Source of the DNA: a virus
Taxonomy: Duplodnaviria; Caudoviricetes
Virus record (IMG/VR): IMGVR_UViG_3300025098_000057
Span: 1-54,767 of that record
Reading direction: 5' to 3' (one strand)
DNA: 54,767 bases
Part shown: one piece after another, positions 31,501 through 41,100 of the stretch
Position numbering within the stretch: position 1 is the first letter of the stretch
How the letters are laid out: every line of letters starts with the position of its first letter
Notes under the pieces: model-generated
Seen by the model: the letters and a program-made list of their open reading frames with translations, nothing else
The model's database searches: none
Told to the model about the DNA's origin: nothing
Position numbers and translations under genes: made by a program

Positions 31501-34037
31501 TTATAAATAAGATCTATTATCTTTTGAGCACCTATTGTTATATTAGTTTGTGCTAATTGTACACCTGTAAAAAGCCTAACAAACAAAGGTACTTCGCTTG
31601 TATCTTCTGTATTCTGAAAATTAAAATCATAACCACCACCCTGAAGTCCAAAAAGCGACCCTTTAGCTGTAGAAGCTCCACCTTGAACTGTTAGTAAAAG
31701 ATCTGATACAAGACCTCCTACAAATAAATCTGCAACTGATGCAGCATCATTAATAGCTGTTTCTAAAAGTTCATCTGTAATAGCAGAAACAACACTTGTT
31801 GCTGGAACTGCAGCTATATATGGACTAAAACCTGGAAAATTTGTACCAGCTGGACCAGCAAATATAGGCGGCAATGGTATATTAGAAGATGCACCTCTAA
31901 CCGTTTTATTTTTTCTACCTCTAATTGCAGCAATAGCATAACCTATACCAATTAAACCTGCTACAATTACAGCTGCATTTCTTAAAAGTTTATTTTGAGG
32001 ATGCTTTTCTGATACTTTAAAAGATCCCTCTGATTTACCAGATACCGCACCATATAATCTTAATTCTGCAGCATTGAGAAAAGGTCTTCTAAACATTAAT
32101 TCCGGAGAATGAAATGTAAAAATATCTTTTTTAAATTTTGTTAATGGCGGAAAGTTTGTTCTAGATGATGTAAAGCTATTTTCACAACCATCTGTTCTTG
32201 GAACATAATCCGGAGCCCAAGGTAAATAATCAAAGTTTGTAAAATCACCTGTACCATCATGATGATATATATCAGATCTTAAATCATTATATGGGTAATT
32301 TGGATATAAGCCTTCAGTTACACCGCCTAATAATTCATTTTGATCTCCAATGTTTGGTATATCATATGCTCTCATGTTTCTTAAAACACCTTTAGCAAGT
32401 ATTGATTTATTACCTTCTCTTGAACCTCTTAGTATTTCATAGCCAACTATATTTGGTATTATAGTACCATCATTAAATTTAGGTCTTTTAATGTTACTAA
32501 ACTCAACACCTAATATTCTAATCTTTGTACCAGCATCTCCAGATAACTGCAAACTTGAATCTAGTTCTTCTGAAGGCATTTTGTGATGTCTAATATATTT
32601 ACCACAAAGATCTCCCCATATCTCAGGCTGTGTAGCAGGATACTTTTCTGTAGATTGCCAATATGCCATTTCACCTTTAGATAATAGCAAACCTTCACCA
32701 TCTTCAGTTGGAGTGTTTATATTACTATTAGATATGGTTGCTGTATTATAAACTTGAAAGTTTAACTCATCTGATGATATACTATTTAAACCAGCAGGAC
32801 CTGTCTCATTTATATTAGCATTTTGATCAAACTGAGTAGCTCCATTAAACTTTGGTGCCCTTCCCGGTATATGGTATGATGCAGACTTTTCTCCCGTATT
32901 GTATATCCAACGTATAAAAAATGCATATTGCTCATCTCTTAAAAATCCAACCTTATTACCACCATTCTTATAATAAGTAGATGGATATTCGGCTACAGTC
33001 CAATGTGCTTTTATTTCATTTGCAATTGGTTGATAGTTAAAATCAAACTGTTCAGTTGGACCCTGCCTAATAAGCCAATCATTAACAACATACATTGATT
33101 CTGATTTTTCATAAGCAGGTGATCTTAAAAATAATTGAACAAGATCTACAGATACAGTTGATTGATCAATAAAGTCTATGGATATAATTGTTTGTTCAGT
33201 ACTATATATACCTATCTTCTTTGCAACTTTTTGACCTTGGTTATCAGAAAGTATTACAAGTTCATAAAATTCAAAATCTTTATCTAAGTTTGAAACTTCA
33301 ATGTCTAAAGATCCACCATTTATCTGATGCTCAAATAAACCTTGTATATTAGATACGCCAATATAATCTGTAACTTTTTGTTCATTAACAACATATGCTA
33401 CATATGCTTGATAACTACCATTTCTCAACTGACCACCATCTTGAGCTTTAGTAAGTTTTACACAAGGAGTTGTTAATAAAGGTGCAAGTCTTATTTTTTC
33501 ACAATCTAAATCTGTAGTGTCTTCATATATAGCACAATCAGATCCGGGAGGAGTTACCTCAACTTGAACATATGGTATATTATCAATATTAATAGTTCTA
33601 GATGGATTATTACCATCATCAAAGTATACCTGCCAAGTACAATCAAAGTTTTCTTTCATTGCGCCTGTTATAAGATATGTTCTATTAAAACTTAAGCATT
33701 TATCATTTATCAATGTAGTATACTCACACTTGCTATCATCAAATAAACCTATTTCTGAATTAACATCATCTGTAGAAAAAATAACCCATTGATCAGCAAC
33801 CTTGTGTATTGCACCTATAACAGTATAAGGAATTTTAGCACATAAAAGATTTGCTGGCTCATTACCTAGTACACCAACATCACCATCTACAGAATTGTTA
33901 GCTGCATTTCTAGCATGCGTCCAATTTGTTTTAGGTGTTAAAGATTCATTAAGATCTTTATACATCCCTTTTGAGAAAGCATTAGTCTCAATAGATGATG
34001 TACTTTGAACACCTCTTCTTCTTCTTCTTTTTGCCAT
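28536..34037 (-). CDS. Tail stabilisation / muzzle protein (P22 gp10-like), 1833 aa
   Basis: N-terminal FSKGMYKDL...NAAN beta-propeller-type start, C-terminal SWTVSYDPKAKAWISFHDWHP motif, and size and position after the tail tube/ring genes as in crAss-like phages. Confidence 0.85.
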   Translation of the reverse strand: MAKRRRRRGVQSTSSIETNAFSKGMYKDLNESLTPKTNWTHARNAANNSVDGDVGVLGNEPANLLCAKIPYTVIGAIHKVADQWVIFSTDDVNSEIGLFDDSKCEYTTLINDKCLSFNRTYLITGAMKENFDCTWQVYFDDGNNPSRTINIDNIPYVQVEVTPPGSDCAIYEDTTDLDCEKIRLAPLLTTPCVKLTKAQDGGQLRNGSYQAYVAYVVNEQKVTDYIGVSNIQGLFEHQINGGSLDIEVSNLDKDFEFYELVILSDNQGQKVAKKIGIYSTEQTIISIDFIDQSTVSVDLVQLFLRSPAYEKSESMYVVNDWLIRQGPTEQFDFNYQPIANEIKAHWTVAEYPSTYYKNGGNKVGFLRDEQYAFFIRWIYNTGEKSASYHIPGRAPKFNGATQFDQNANINETGPAGLNSISSDELNFQVYNTATISNSNINTPTEDGEGLLLSKGEMAYWQSTEKYPATQPEIWGDLCGKYIRHHKMPSEELDSSLQLSGDAGTKIRILGVEFSNIKRPKFNDGTIIPNIVGYEILRGSREGNKSILAKGVLRNMRAYDIPNIGDQNELLGGVTEGLYPNYPYNDLRSDIYHHDGTGDFTNFDYLPWAPDYVPRTDGCENSFTSSRTNFPPLTKFKKDIFTFHSPELMFRRPFLNAAELRLYGAVSGKSEGSFKVSEKHPQNKLLRNAAVIVAGLIGIGYAIAAIRGRKNKTVRGASSNIPLPPIFAGPAGTNFPGFSPYIAAVPATSVVSAITDELLETAINDAASVADLFVGGLVSDLLLTVQGGASTAKGSLFGLQGGGYDFNFQNTEDTSEVPLFVRLFTGVQLAQTNITIGAQKIIDLIYNTISFQDFAWKYNSVGELDTFHLGNGGDIFRSKVLNQDYVGSAIKGFSSGEQGVSNFKINNLYRPDTIVVRTGNELPLPTNISGVIDRSRFTVGGDSEFDFGNSYIQSPENLQVRDISMNYGALKFNFENQYGQLRNIKQTPMNGCVYDVDPLAPGEVLYQTTPIFSGDTFIGKYSEKVIMPIFNDFLLGQPDQYPYNYLQRVNIPYPRFWMDTRQYDISNLVSMLTSFGLGDSEETPLPNDLFYLDRGSNTCAAGFSSLLGSKAGNSLFAMRYGFMYTHVNGILNFPVESEINLAYRDWDDDPAKRYYDEERYTNVDDLFNSEIIKKDNFYKYDFSLSTSRFLTNLTTNGSIQPTDYDPIVAEKCYSYYPKRLIYSLQAQLESKRDFWRVYLTNNYRDFKNEVNIIKPINKSGAIIFFPYQSPQMFQGVDSLTTTDAGTKITIGDGGLFSQPFQNLVNSDLSNEYGSCESQRGVINTPYGFFFISQAQGKIFQQSGQSILPISNQGMKWWFNKYLPSRLIRQFPELESDELGDNPVIGVGCQVIYDISDDVVYFCKKDFQLREEFVDNVEFRPEDGFYTLGQVGGNEVESKLLGGIKLTIGDPRYFEDCSWTVSYDPKAKAWISFHDWHPELLLPSVNHFLTTKTTESEEPYCPPGSVYNPTTGRCESTQRETQLAVVTPLELPSTIVEGECNCPPGYTLVYPNNDNGYTLPEGACKEDNPPICRKIVCNCPPSGLPGATVVQSGECDDVYLAGPNGDPNYVNFNPLRCNYIAQISEAPNYITGGIWRHNYRCDLYSNYYGVDYPWEIEFTEATGQMVNTLRSVEYQLESYVYKGDLFNGCGDDRWHDLDFNFDEAIIYNTEQVSGLLRLDLDPKEDPINALTYPIINANDIQILYSKEEQKYRFNQFFDATNDRGEFTNSEQQIFITELNGYIRDLNAINIDYQKSETQRKKFRHYYNKLILRRRQSNNRKMLLKLNNAKLNLSYR

Positions 34038-34039
34038 TT

Positions 34040-34945
34040 CTAAGAAAGATTATTAAGTCTATTACCTTCAGCAGGATAACTCTTAAACATATTATAATAA
34101 TTATGGTACTGAGCTCTTCTGTTTGTCCACCACATCTCTTGCAACTCTCTAAAGTTAGGAGTATTGACAAAACTTAATGCATTATTTCTAGCAGCTCTAA
34201 GTCTTCCTTCTATTAAACCTAATTGTTGAGAAACATTTTCTCCTGCAAATATCATGTTTTCAAGTATTCTTTGTTTTAAAGCATATTCATAATACTCATT
34301 GCAATAAGGATGATCTAAAACTAAAAGATTACCTTCAGCATCTTCCATTGCGCCTTGATAACTAATATATACTTTACCTGTAGTAAAACTTGTAAACATA
34401 AAACCATCTCTAATTTCAGCAATATCTGGCGCTTGTATATTTACATTAGGGCAATCACATACATATTTATTTACATTCTTTATTCTTAATGGCATAAATG
34501 CAGTAAAGGTTCTGTACTGAGATTCGCCAATTCTTTGAACTAATTGATGTTCATTTTTTTCATCACAAGTTTTTATAACACATACATCTCTACATGTAGG
34601 GTCATCACAAGGTCCAGATTCACCTGGAGCTGGTACATATGGTACATCATTAAATGTTTCTATATGTGTTCCTCCTGGAGGTCTATCTACAATTGTATAA
34701 TCTCCACATCTATATGCATAATTTAAATATGCAAAATCAGTTGGTAATTTAGCTCTACCATGTTCAATATCTAAAACAACTTCCTTAGTTCTATGAATTC
34801 TTAAACCTAAATCATAATTAACTCTTGTAGCAACCTTTATTAATTGCTGCGGTTCAATCATATTTTCTAAAGCATAGTTTGCAAAATCAATTGTAACATC
34901 TTCGTATAGCTGATTAAAGCTTCTATATTTATGTGATACACTCAT
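34040..34945 (-). CDS. Tail tubular / ring protein (P22 gp4-like adaptor family), 301 aa
   Basis: Immediately upstream of the muzzle gene; the RAKLPTDF and GKVYISYQG...GNLLVLD segments are typical of crAss-like tail ring proteins. Confidence 0.75.
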   Translation of the reverse strand: MSVSHKYRSFNQLYEDVTIDFANYALENMIEPQQLIKVATRVNYDLGLRIHRTKEVVLDIEHGRAKLPTDFAYLNYAYRCGDYTIVDRPPGGTHIETFNDVPYVPAPGESGPCDDPTCRDVCVIKTCDEKNEHQLVQRIGESQYRTFTAFMPLRIKNVNKYVCDCPNVNIQAPDIAEIRDGFMFTSFTTGKVYISYQGAMEDAEGNLLVLDHPYCNEYYEYALKQRILENMIFAGENVSQQLGLIEGRLRAARNNALSFVNTPNFRELQEMWWTNRRAQYHNYYNMFKSYPAEGNRLNNLS

Positions 34946-35616
34946 TATCTATTTACGTTTACTTTGTTATCACCATCCTCAACTGGAACTTTTACTGTAA
35001 GTAACATTGCATTTACAACTTGAGTTTCAATCTCTGCAAAAAGTGCTTCTGGTATATTAATTTCTTGTCTATATCTAGGTTCACATTCAGCACCTTCTTC
35101 ACAAAGCCATGCACCTATATTATCATCAAAAACTCCTTCTAGCTTTACGGCATCCCATTCAATATTAGGAAAGTATAAATAACCGTTTAAATACCACCAA
35201 TACTTTGTATTATTATATTTAAAAGAAGTTGTCTTAGTCATTGAGGTATAAGTTCCTGGTTGAGTAGCTTGCATTTCTATAGATCCATCTATTGAAGTTA
35301 CTTGTCTAATAAGCGGACCCCAATAACCTTCAATCATGTCGGGAAGCTTTTCTTTAGTTCTTTTTATTATACAACCACTTTGAATACCTGAACAGTAAGC
35401 CTCAACCTTATCTACTTCAATTAATTCTATATAGGGAAGTGTTTTCCATACAGCATTAAACTTCATAAGCTTATTTGCTAAATCTTGACGTCTCATTAAT
35501 AATTGAGCATACTTTGTAACAAGACTATACACGTATCTATCAGTTACAAAAGCATCCTGTACTTCTGCTTTCACCTGACCTCTTATTCTAGATACAACTT
35601 CTCCTATTGTTGCCAT
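34945..35616 (-). CDS. Putative tail ring/adaptor protein, 223 aa
   Basis: Located between the IHF-like and tail tube genes; KYWWYLNGYLYF beta motif; TAATG coupling to the next gene. Confidence 0.65.
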   Translation of the reverse strand: MATIGEVVSRIRGQVKAEVQDAFVTDRYVYSLVTKYAQLLMRRQDLANKLMKFNAVWKTLPYIELIEVDKVEAYCSGIQSGCIIKRTKEKLPDMIEGYWGPLIRQVTSIDGSIEMQATQPGTYTSMTKTTSFKYNNTKYWWYLNGYLYFPNIEWDAVKLEGVFDDNIGAWLCEEGAECEPRYRQEINIPEALFAEIETQVVNAMLLTVKVPVEDGDNKVNVNR

Positions 35617-35621
35617 AATCT

Positions 35622-36182
35622 TTAATCTTCAAATTCATTATATGATTCTAGCTGTTTAGAATCAATTTTCTTATTATACAAATGTGCAATCCTATATCTA
35701 TTCTTCATAAATAAATACTTCTGCCAGTTTTTAGGATATTCTTTTGCAACAGTTCTTTTAAAATCTCTTGTTGCTTCAAACATCCATAGCTGTCTATTTT
35801 TAAATCTATACTTTGTTGACCAATTTGTATAAAATATTTTACCTATATTGCCATCAGTTTCCCAGTTTTTATTCTGCAATACTTTACCATACTGTTTAGA
35901 TAAAGCATAATTAGTATTTACAGTCTTACCTGGCTTACACGTACCTATAAATAAATAACCCAAAGAATCAGGAAGCTCTACCCCATCTCTAAATTCAATT
36001 ACACCATTCCAAATGTTATAGTTATAAAGTTTAATAATACGTTTTAGCTTTTCATTATCAATATGCTCATATAAAGGATGTTTCTCTTTAAACTCGGATA
36101 TTGTTTTCTTATTTAGTAGCCCAAACTTCTTTTCTCTATATCTAGGTGCGTTTAAATCAGGTTTCTTAAAGTTATTTATCAT
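35622..36182 (-). CDS. IHF/HU-like DNA-binding protein (crAss-type)
   Basis: Basic protein with helices followed by DGVELPDSLGYLFIG, resembling the HU/IHF VxLxGxGxF strand, at the conserved crAss-like position. The ATG at 36182 is preferred over the TTG at 36191. Confidence 0.6.
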   Translation of the reverse strand: MINNFKKPDLNAPRYREKKFGLLNKKTISEFKEKHPLYEHIDNEKLKRIIKLYNYNIWNGVIEFRDGVELPDSLGYLFIGTCKPGKTVNTNYALSKQYGKVLQNKNWETDGNIGKIFYTNWSTKYRFKNRQLWMFEATRDFKRTVAKEYPKNWQKYLFMKNRYRIAHLYNKKIDSKQLESYNEFED

Positions 36183-36194
36183 GTTATACAATTA

Positions 36195-36204
36195 TAATTT
36201 ACAA
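36195..36204 (-). promoter_or_regulatory. Variant of the repeated promoter-like motif (TTGTAAATTA)
   Basis: One mismatch to TTGTATATTA, 12 nt upstream of the ATG at 36182. Confidence 0.4.
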
Positions 36205-36238
36205 AAAAAAGAGGACTTATAAAAGCTAAATACTTAGT

Positions 36239-37420
36239 TTAGTCAGCTAAATAAGTCAGTTCGCATATATTACCTTTGCTTGGTGATTGTAATTCTAATT
36301 TACCAGATCTTCTATTACCAACATATTTTTTATGATAATGATAATAATCTGTCTTAGATAAACTGGGTAATGTCTTATGTATAAAACCTGCAGTCTCACT
36401 AGTTGTTATATACTCTATTTTTTTATTCTGATGAAAATGCCCTGTAAATAAAGTTCTATTTTTAGTACCACCCCACTCCTGAGCAAACTCCGTTGCATAA
36501 ACAATTGGTGTATTTTTACTTACAGCATCTCCATGCTCAAATGCATTAAAATTATCTTGCCAAACATGAACTTTTCTCTCTTCATATTTTACATCCCATG
36601 TTATTCTATCAGAATCTACAGCTTTAGACAAAGCATGTACTAAGTGAAATGATGATAATCTATCATGATTACCGGGTACATATACTACAGTTAAATGTTG
36701 AACATGTGTAACTATAAATGTAATAGCCCATATCATAGCATCAAATGCTTGAATATAAGCTTCTGTAGCTGTACTACAGTTGTCTAGAGGCGTTCCGCTA
36801 GTGGTTGTGCCATGAAATGTATCCATGTTAATTAAATCACCCCCTACAACAAAAAATAATTCTTCTATATTATGTGAAGCAATTGCTCTTTTTATAAGGT
36901 TCTTGACTGTATCCTCAAAATCCTTATCTATTGTTTCATTTCCTTCTTTACCAAAATGAATATCCTGAAGTGACATTATACCACATACAACATCTCTATC
37001 AGGATGTAACGCATAACCTTTAGGTGTAGATAGTTTTGGTATAGTATATTTTTTAGGTTTCCAAACATCTAATAATTCTTTTAAATAATCACTTTCTGTT
37101 TCTTTAATTTTAGTGATAAGTGCAGATACACGCCAATGATCAGCCATTTGTTTGTTCCAATACTGAGACAATTTCCATTTGCTTGTATCTATATTTAAAA
37201 GTTTTACTATCTCTTCTGCAGATTTAGGTTCGCTTTTAGATATCCCTGTTACTGTAGATTCTCCTTTATCTAAATTATAGTGTTGTTCAGATAAATCCAA
37301 CTTTCCTCTTACTAATTTTTTTAAGTGGCTATATTTTTTTGTGGATATACCCAATCTTTTAGCGCAATATGCATTACCCTTTTTCCACTTAAAGGATTCT
37401 TTTATCTTATCTAAATCCAT
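36239..37420 (-). CDS. Calcineurin-like metallophosphoesterase with a possible N-terminal HTH, 393 aa
   Basis: All five motifs are present in order: DIHFG, GGDL, GNHD, HGD, GHFH. The N-terminal NAYCAKRLGIS is HTH-like. Confidence 0.88.
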   Translation of the reverse strand: MDLDKIKESFKWKKGNAYCAKRLGISTKKYSHLKKLVRGKLDLSEQHYNLDKGESTVTGISKSEPKSAEEIVKLLNIDTSKWKLSQYWNKQMADHWRVSALITKIKETESDYLKELLDVWKPKKYTIPKLSTPKGYALHPDRDVVCGIMSLQDIHFGKEGNETIDKDFEDTVKNLIKRAIASHNIEELFFVVGGDLINMDTFHGTTTSGTPLDNCSTATEAYIQAFDAMIWAITFIVTHVQHLTVVYVPGNHDRLSSFHLVHALSKAVDSDRITWDVKYEERKVHVWQDNFNAFEHGDAVSKNTPIVYATEFAQEWGGTKNRTLFTGHFHQNKKIEYITTSETAGFIHKTLPSLSKTDYYHYHKKYVGNRRSGKLELQSPSKGNICELTYLAD

Positions 37421-37460
37421 TGTTTTTTTTTAAGTTGCTTAAATTTAGTAAATTATCTTG

Positions 37461-37490
37461 AAAAAAAGAAGCCCAGCAAAGCCGGGCTCC
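37461..37490 (-). terminator. Rho-independent terminator
   Basis: Minus strand reads GGAGCCCGGC-TTT-GCTGGGCTTC followed by T7, downstream of the Cys-rich fibre genes. Confidence 0.88.
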
Positions 37491-37500
37491 AGAACATACT

Positions 37501-37528
37501 ATGATTGAAAAACCAACAAAGCAATCAT
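37501..37528 (-). other. 3'-UTR hairpin with a loop antisense to translation-initiation leaders
   Basis: Perfect 7-bp stem ATGATTG/CAATCAT around a 14-nt loop; the minus-strand loop is CUUUGUUGGUUUUU. The structure is seen directly and the function is inferred. Confidence 0.5.
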
Positions 37529-37535
37529 TTCTGTT

Positions 37536-38087
37536 TTACAATAAGGTTCTAACTATTATTACAACGCTATCACAAGTAGCTGCTAAAGCATCTGTTGAAA
37601 CAAGTTTAATTTTATATTCTGTATCTGCAACTAAGCTTGTTACGGCTAATTGCAAAACTGTTGGTGCAACTATACCAACAGAAGTATATCCACTACCACT
37701 ATCAACTTGAACATCAATTTGAGTTGAAGCTGTAGACTCACCATTCCATACAACTGTAAATCCGCTATTAGTAATATTTGCAGCATAAACATTGTAAGGA
37801 GCATGATGAAGATCATCCGATGTACAAGCACCTAAACCTTGTGTCAATATCATAGAGAATTTTTGAAGTATTGAATCCAATCTATCACCTGTCTCAATTT
37901 TAATTACTGTGCCGGGAGCACCAACTTCAAAAGATGTACCACAATAACTAACACATTCTGCACATTGAATATCAGCACATCTTTCACTACCTACACTACA
38001 ATCTGTATAAGTACAAGGATTTGTTAAAGCTGTATCTTTACAACCGCAGTTTTTAGTTGGATTACATTTATCACAATTACATGCCAT
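37536..38087 (-). CDS. Cys-rich virion protein with a C-terminal FN3-like domain, 183 aa
   Basis: 11 Cys in the first 50 aa; APYNVYAANIT...TVVW...LVADTEYKIKL is an FN3-type pattern. Confidence 0.7.
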   Translation of the reverse strand: MACNCDKCNPTKNCGCKDTALTNPCTYTDCSVGSERCADIQCAECVSYCGTSFEVGAPGTVIKIETGDRLDSILQKFSMILTQGLGACTSDDLHHAPYNVYAANITNSGFTVVWNGESTASTQIDVQVDSGSGYTSVGIVAPTVLQLAVTSLVADTEYKIKLVSTDALAATCDSVVIIVRTLL

Positions 38088-38106
38088 TTTTTCTAATTTT
38101 TATTTA

Positions 38107-41100
38107 TTAAGGTGTGCAAGATCCACATACATCATAAGTGCTATCTAAATTTGTTCCTAATTCCGCAACTGAAGATTCGCAGTTACTAGTAATAGTAACA
38201 CATTTATTTGTTGTTGTTAACCAATCGGCTCTACCATCTCCTGGTATAAAGTCTGCCCCTGGGTTATTTAATTTAATTACGGTGCCATTTCCAATTGTAC
38301 CACATCCATGATTTGTAATTGAAACTACATAAGCATCACTAGTAGCACAATCAGTTACTATATATCTATCATTTGTAGGTATTGTACCTGCGGGGAATGT
38401 GTTATCATTTCCTTTAATTGCAGTATCCATTAGATAATCAAAATCTTCATTATCTCCTGAAGCCATTTCAGTTAAATATGTTATCGTATTATCTTGATCA
38501 AGTAAAGCAAAGTGTGAATTTATAGTAGAGACTTCAAACAATCCTGAAATTGTATTTCCACCTGGAGTTGTTGCTCCATCATATGGGTTTGAAGAACCAA
38601 TACCCTGTATTACTTGTCCAACATCAACAGCTGTCTGAATACCAAATTTAGATGGTGGAATCAATTGACCTGTTGTTGCAGCAATCATCTGTAATATATT
38701 TGCGGCATCTGCGCCAGAACTACCAGGAACAGTTAATGGGAAAAGTACAGTTGATATTCCTGCTGGATATTGAGATGATGTAAGACCTAAAGCTTGACCC
38801 CAAGAAGAATTCTGAGTTCCTGCTATAGCATCTCTATATGCATCATAATCATCTTTATATGAAGTGGATGGTTGGGTTACTGCACCTGCAAATCCTGCAG
38901 CTAATGTTGTATCATGATAAACACCATCTGAATCATTAGAAAAGACAAGCATAACAGCTTGATTCTTATATATACCCACTCCACCAGGAGTCCAAGATGT
39001 AGGTAAAACTTGAATACCTGAGTATGCACCATCTAATCCAGCACTTGCACCATTATCAACAATTGCCTTTTGATAACCAAGCCAATTTGAATTTGATGTA
39101 GGAATAATATATATCTCTCCTGTAAATCCAAATGCTGTATTCCATCTAGCTTTTAAGTCAACTAATGCATCTCTAACTTGTATTGCTTCACCAAGTGAAT
39201 ATGAATTTGTATTTATAAATGCAAAAATATCTTGATCAGTATATAACATCTTCATTCCAGCAGGAACTATTTGAATCTGAACTGTAACTGTAGCACTTGA
39301 ACAAACACCACCTACATCAGCTCTTATTTGAACTTGGAATGTATCACCATAGTTATCTGGAACTTTTTCAATAGTATTATATGTAAATACATTTTGTGAT
39401 GATGCTGATTGCGTAAGAGTTCCTCCTATAGGAGAAGTAATTATATTTATAATAGGATTACCATCTCCTAAAACATATGGTAATGTTATATTAGTTGTAT
39501 AACCATTTTCTTGACCTGCAAATACTCTAATTGTATCAGTTAATATAAACGCTGGACATTCACAACATAAAACAACTCTTTTAATACCGGTTGTTTGATC
39601 CCATCCTGCATATAAATATTGAGTTACACCTGTAGTAGCATTTACTACTTTACTAACATAAAACCAATATGATGTAGCAGGAGCTCCAGGAATAGCATAA
39701 GTTGAAGTACCACATGGTAAAAACTGTTGAGCTACTTGAACTCCAGCTGGACAGCTTCCAATAGCTAAGTCTGAATCAATACATTCACTTGGGCTTTGGA
39801 TTGTTGTAAATGAGTTAGTTGAAAAATCATATCTCCATTTTGTAGCTATACTTAGACCTGAACCACAATCTGTAATTGCTTGAACATATACAGATCCGCT
39901 AGTAATACCTGTAGCTAAAACTCTAGCACCGTCAACACCAACATCTGGAGTAGAATATGTAATATCATCTGTACTATATGAAAGTTCTATTGCTGTTTCA
40001 GCACCACTTCCCCATGCAGCTGTTAAAGAAAGATCTCCATTTACAGCCATAGATAATCCAGATAATATAGGAGAATAACAGAACCCTGCACCTCCTACAT
40101 TCGGTTCTAAAATTATATTATTTGTTCCAACATTATACGAGTATCTTGATGCAGTACCTGCAGCTAAATCACCAGTATAACCTAAGAATATATCATCTAC
40201 AGATGTTGTTGGGCTAATGGCAATATTTGATTCAACATTATTGCATGTAACTGCTAAAGCTGCAACTTCTTGTGTATCACAAATTTTTGTAACTCCACCT
40301 TGAGATACTGAAGTTACAACAGTATAAGATTGAGTTGAAAGTGCACCTGGAAATATTTGCTGCACATTTACAGGTGGATTTGTTATTGTAGCTGTTCCCA
40401 AAATATCACCTGGATTTCCTGTAACATATGCTTCAATATCATAAGTAACACCTTGACCTAAAGGATTTGTAAATCCAACTATTATCTGATTTGCTGTTGC
40501 ACTTACAGATACTGATGTTGGACATGGGATGCTTAAAGGAACTGAAATATTACTTGAGTCATTACATTGTGATGATCCATTTGAAACACAAGCATCAACT
40601 TGAACAACTAATGCTTGATATACATTTAATCCTGCTAATGAAATATTAATTCCAGAAGGTTGAGATGCTAATGAAGTTACACTTACAACTTCCGATATAG
40701 AGCTACCATTTGAATCAGTAATTGTTATTGTACTATTTTGCGTGCAATCAACATACCCTGTAGGAATAGTTGATGCAGAAAAATTAAGATTTATGGATTC
40801 AGGAATACCAGCTCCATTATTGATAATATTATATGCATAGTTGATAGTTACACCACTACATAGCTCATCACAACAATTATTTTGAATAGATGCAACAGCC
40901 GCATGTAAATCACAAATGGCAAGCCATTGATTTATATTTGATTCTGCTAGTGTTGTAGGAGTATCTACCCAACCTGTTACATTACCTAATGTACCATTGC
41001 CACTTAATTGAGGAGTTGATGCAAATAAACACTGAGCATTTATTGCTGAATTTAATAATGCAATATCACCAACTACATCTCTGAAACTACAAAATTGCGA

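Noticed and set aside
37501-37710. 69-aa plus-strand ORF starting in the hairpin
   Set aside because: It is mostly antisense to the 183-aa gene, and its ATG is simply one arm of the inverted repeat.
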